This document shows, one piece after another, positions 63,488-64,000 of a DNA stretch of 64,000 nucleotides (positions are counted from its first letter, which is position 1; each line of letters begins with the position of its first letter). Made by a program: the position numbers and the translations under genes. Source of the DNA: the human T2T-CHM13v2.0 reference genome, Homo sapiens. The notes under the pieces are model-generated. The model was not told where the DNA came from and did no database searches. It was given only the letters and a program-made list of their open reading frames with translations. The stretch lies in assembly GCF_009914755.1 (NCBI RefSeq), contig NC_060940.1; one strand, 5' to 3'.

Positions 63488-64000
63488 TTAAGACAGTCAG
63501 ACTTGCTTTCCTTAGATTCTAGAAAGAAGCCCTGGGGCTCACAGCTCAGATCACGTGAGAGGTGCACACACAGGCCCTTGAGAAAATAGTCTGGAGTTAG
63601 CAAGAGCTGGAATAAGCAGTGACCTGCCCATTTTCCTCGGGCCTACCGTAGTTTGAATGTTTAGGACACCCACTCTGCCCCTACCCTTCCTGCTGCTAAA
63701 GGTTCTACTTGAAATGCATGTATAACTTATGATCCAGTGCATCTGAACTCTTTCTGTGAGTATATTTTTGAGAATTTTGTATACTTGGAGATAATTAGAC
63801 ACACTCAGGGTGCCATAAGACAGGAACATCTTATGCATCAAAGCAGTGTTTTCCAAATTTGTCTGATCATTAGAAATAGACAAATTAATGTGCGGAACCT
63901 TCCAGCACATTGTTAGGAGCAAGGCCATCTGGGAATCCTGTGTCGTGGGGTGTCAGAGCTGTTGCTATAGCGACTCAGTGAGCTGGGTGACCTTGAGGGT

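Overview
Human genomic DNA: the distal part of the metallothionein-1 (MT1) tandem cluster (16q13), followed by about 19 kb of repeat-rich unique sequence. In order it holds MT1A (exons 2-3 only), MT1DP, MT1CP, MT1B, MT1F, an inverted block at ~22141-30203, MT1H, MT1IP and MT1X, then a DPPA2 processed pseudogene and many Alu/L1/LTR/MER elements. The inverted block contains a gene-less 'ghost' MT unit, a truncated MT gene with an intact promoter, and MT1G. Genes are 3-exon (28+66+92 coding nt), so none appears as a single ORF in the six-frame track. The locus is well studied and I cannot establish a wholly new system. The most striking unexplained structures are: (i) two independent HERV-H solo LTRs back-to-back 35 bp apart upstream of MT1IP; (ii) a minus-strand truncated MT gene that keeps TATA, four MREs and splice sites and reads into an Alu; (iii) a large MT1G/MT1H inverted duplication whose 3' spacers are more alike than their promoters; (iv) a nested Alu/DPPA2-retrocopy cassette. 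Gene names, repeat families and identity estimates come from recognition and by-eye alignment, not database searches.
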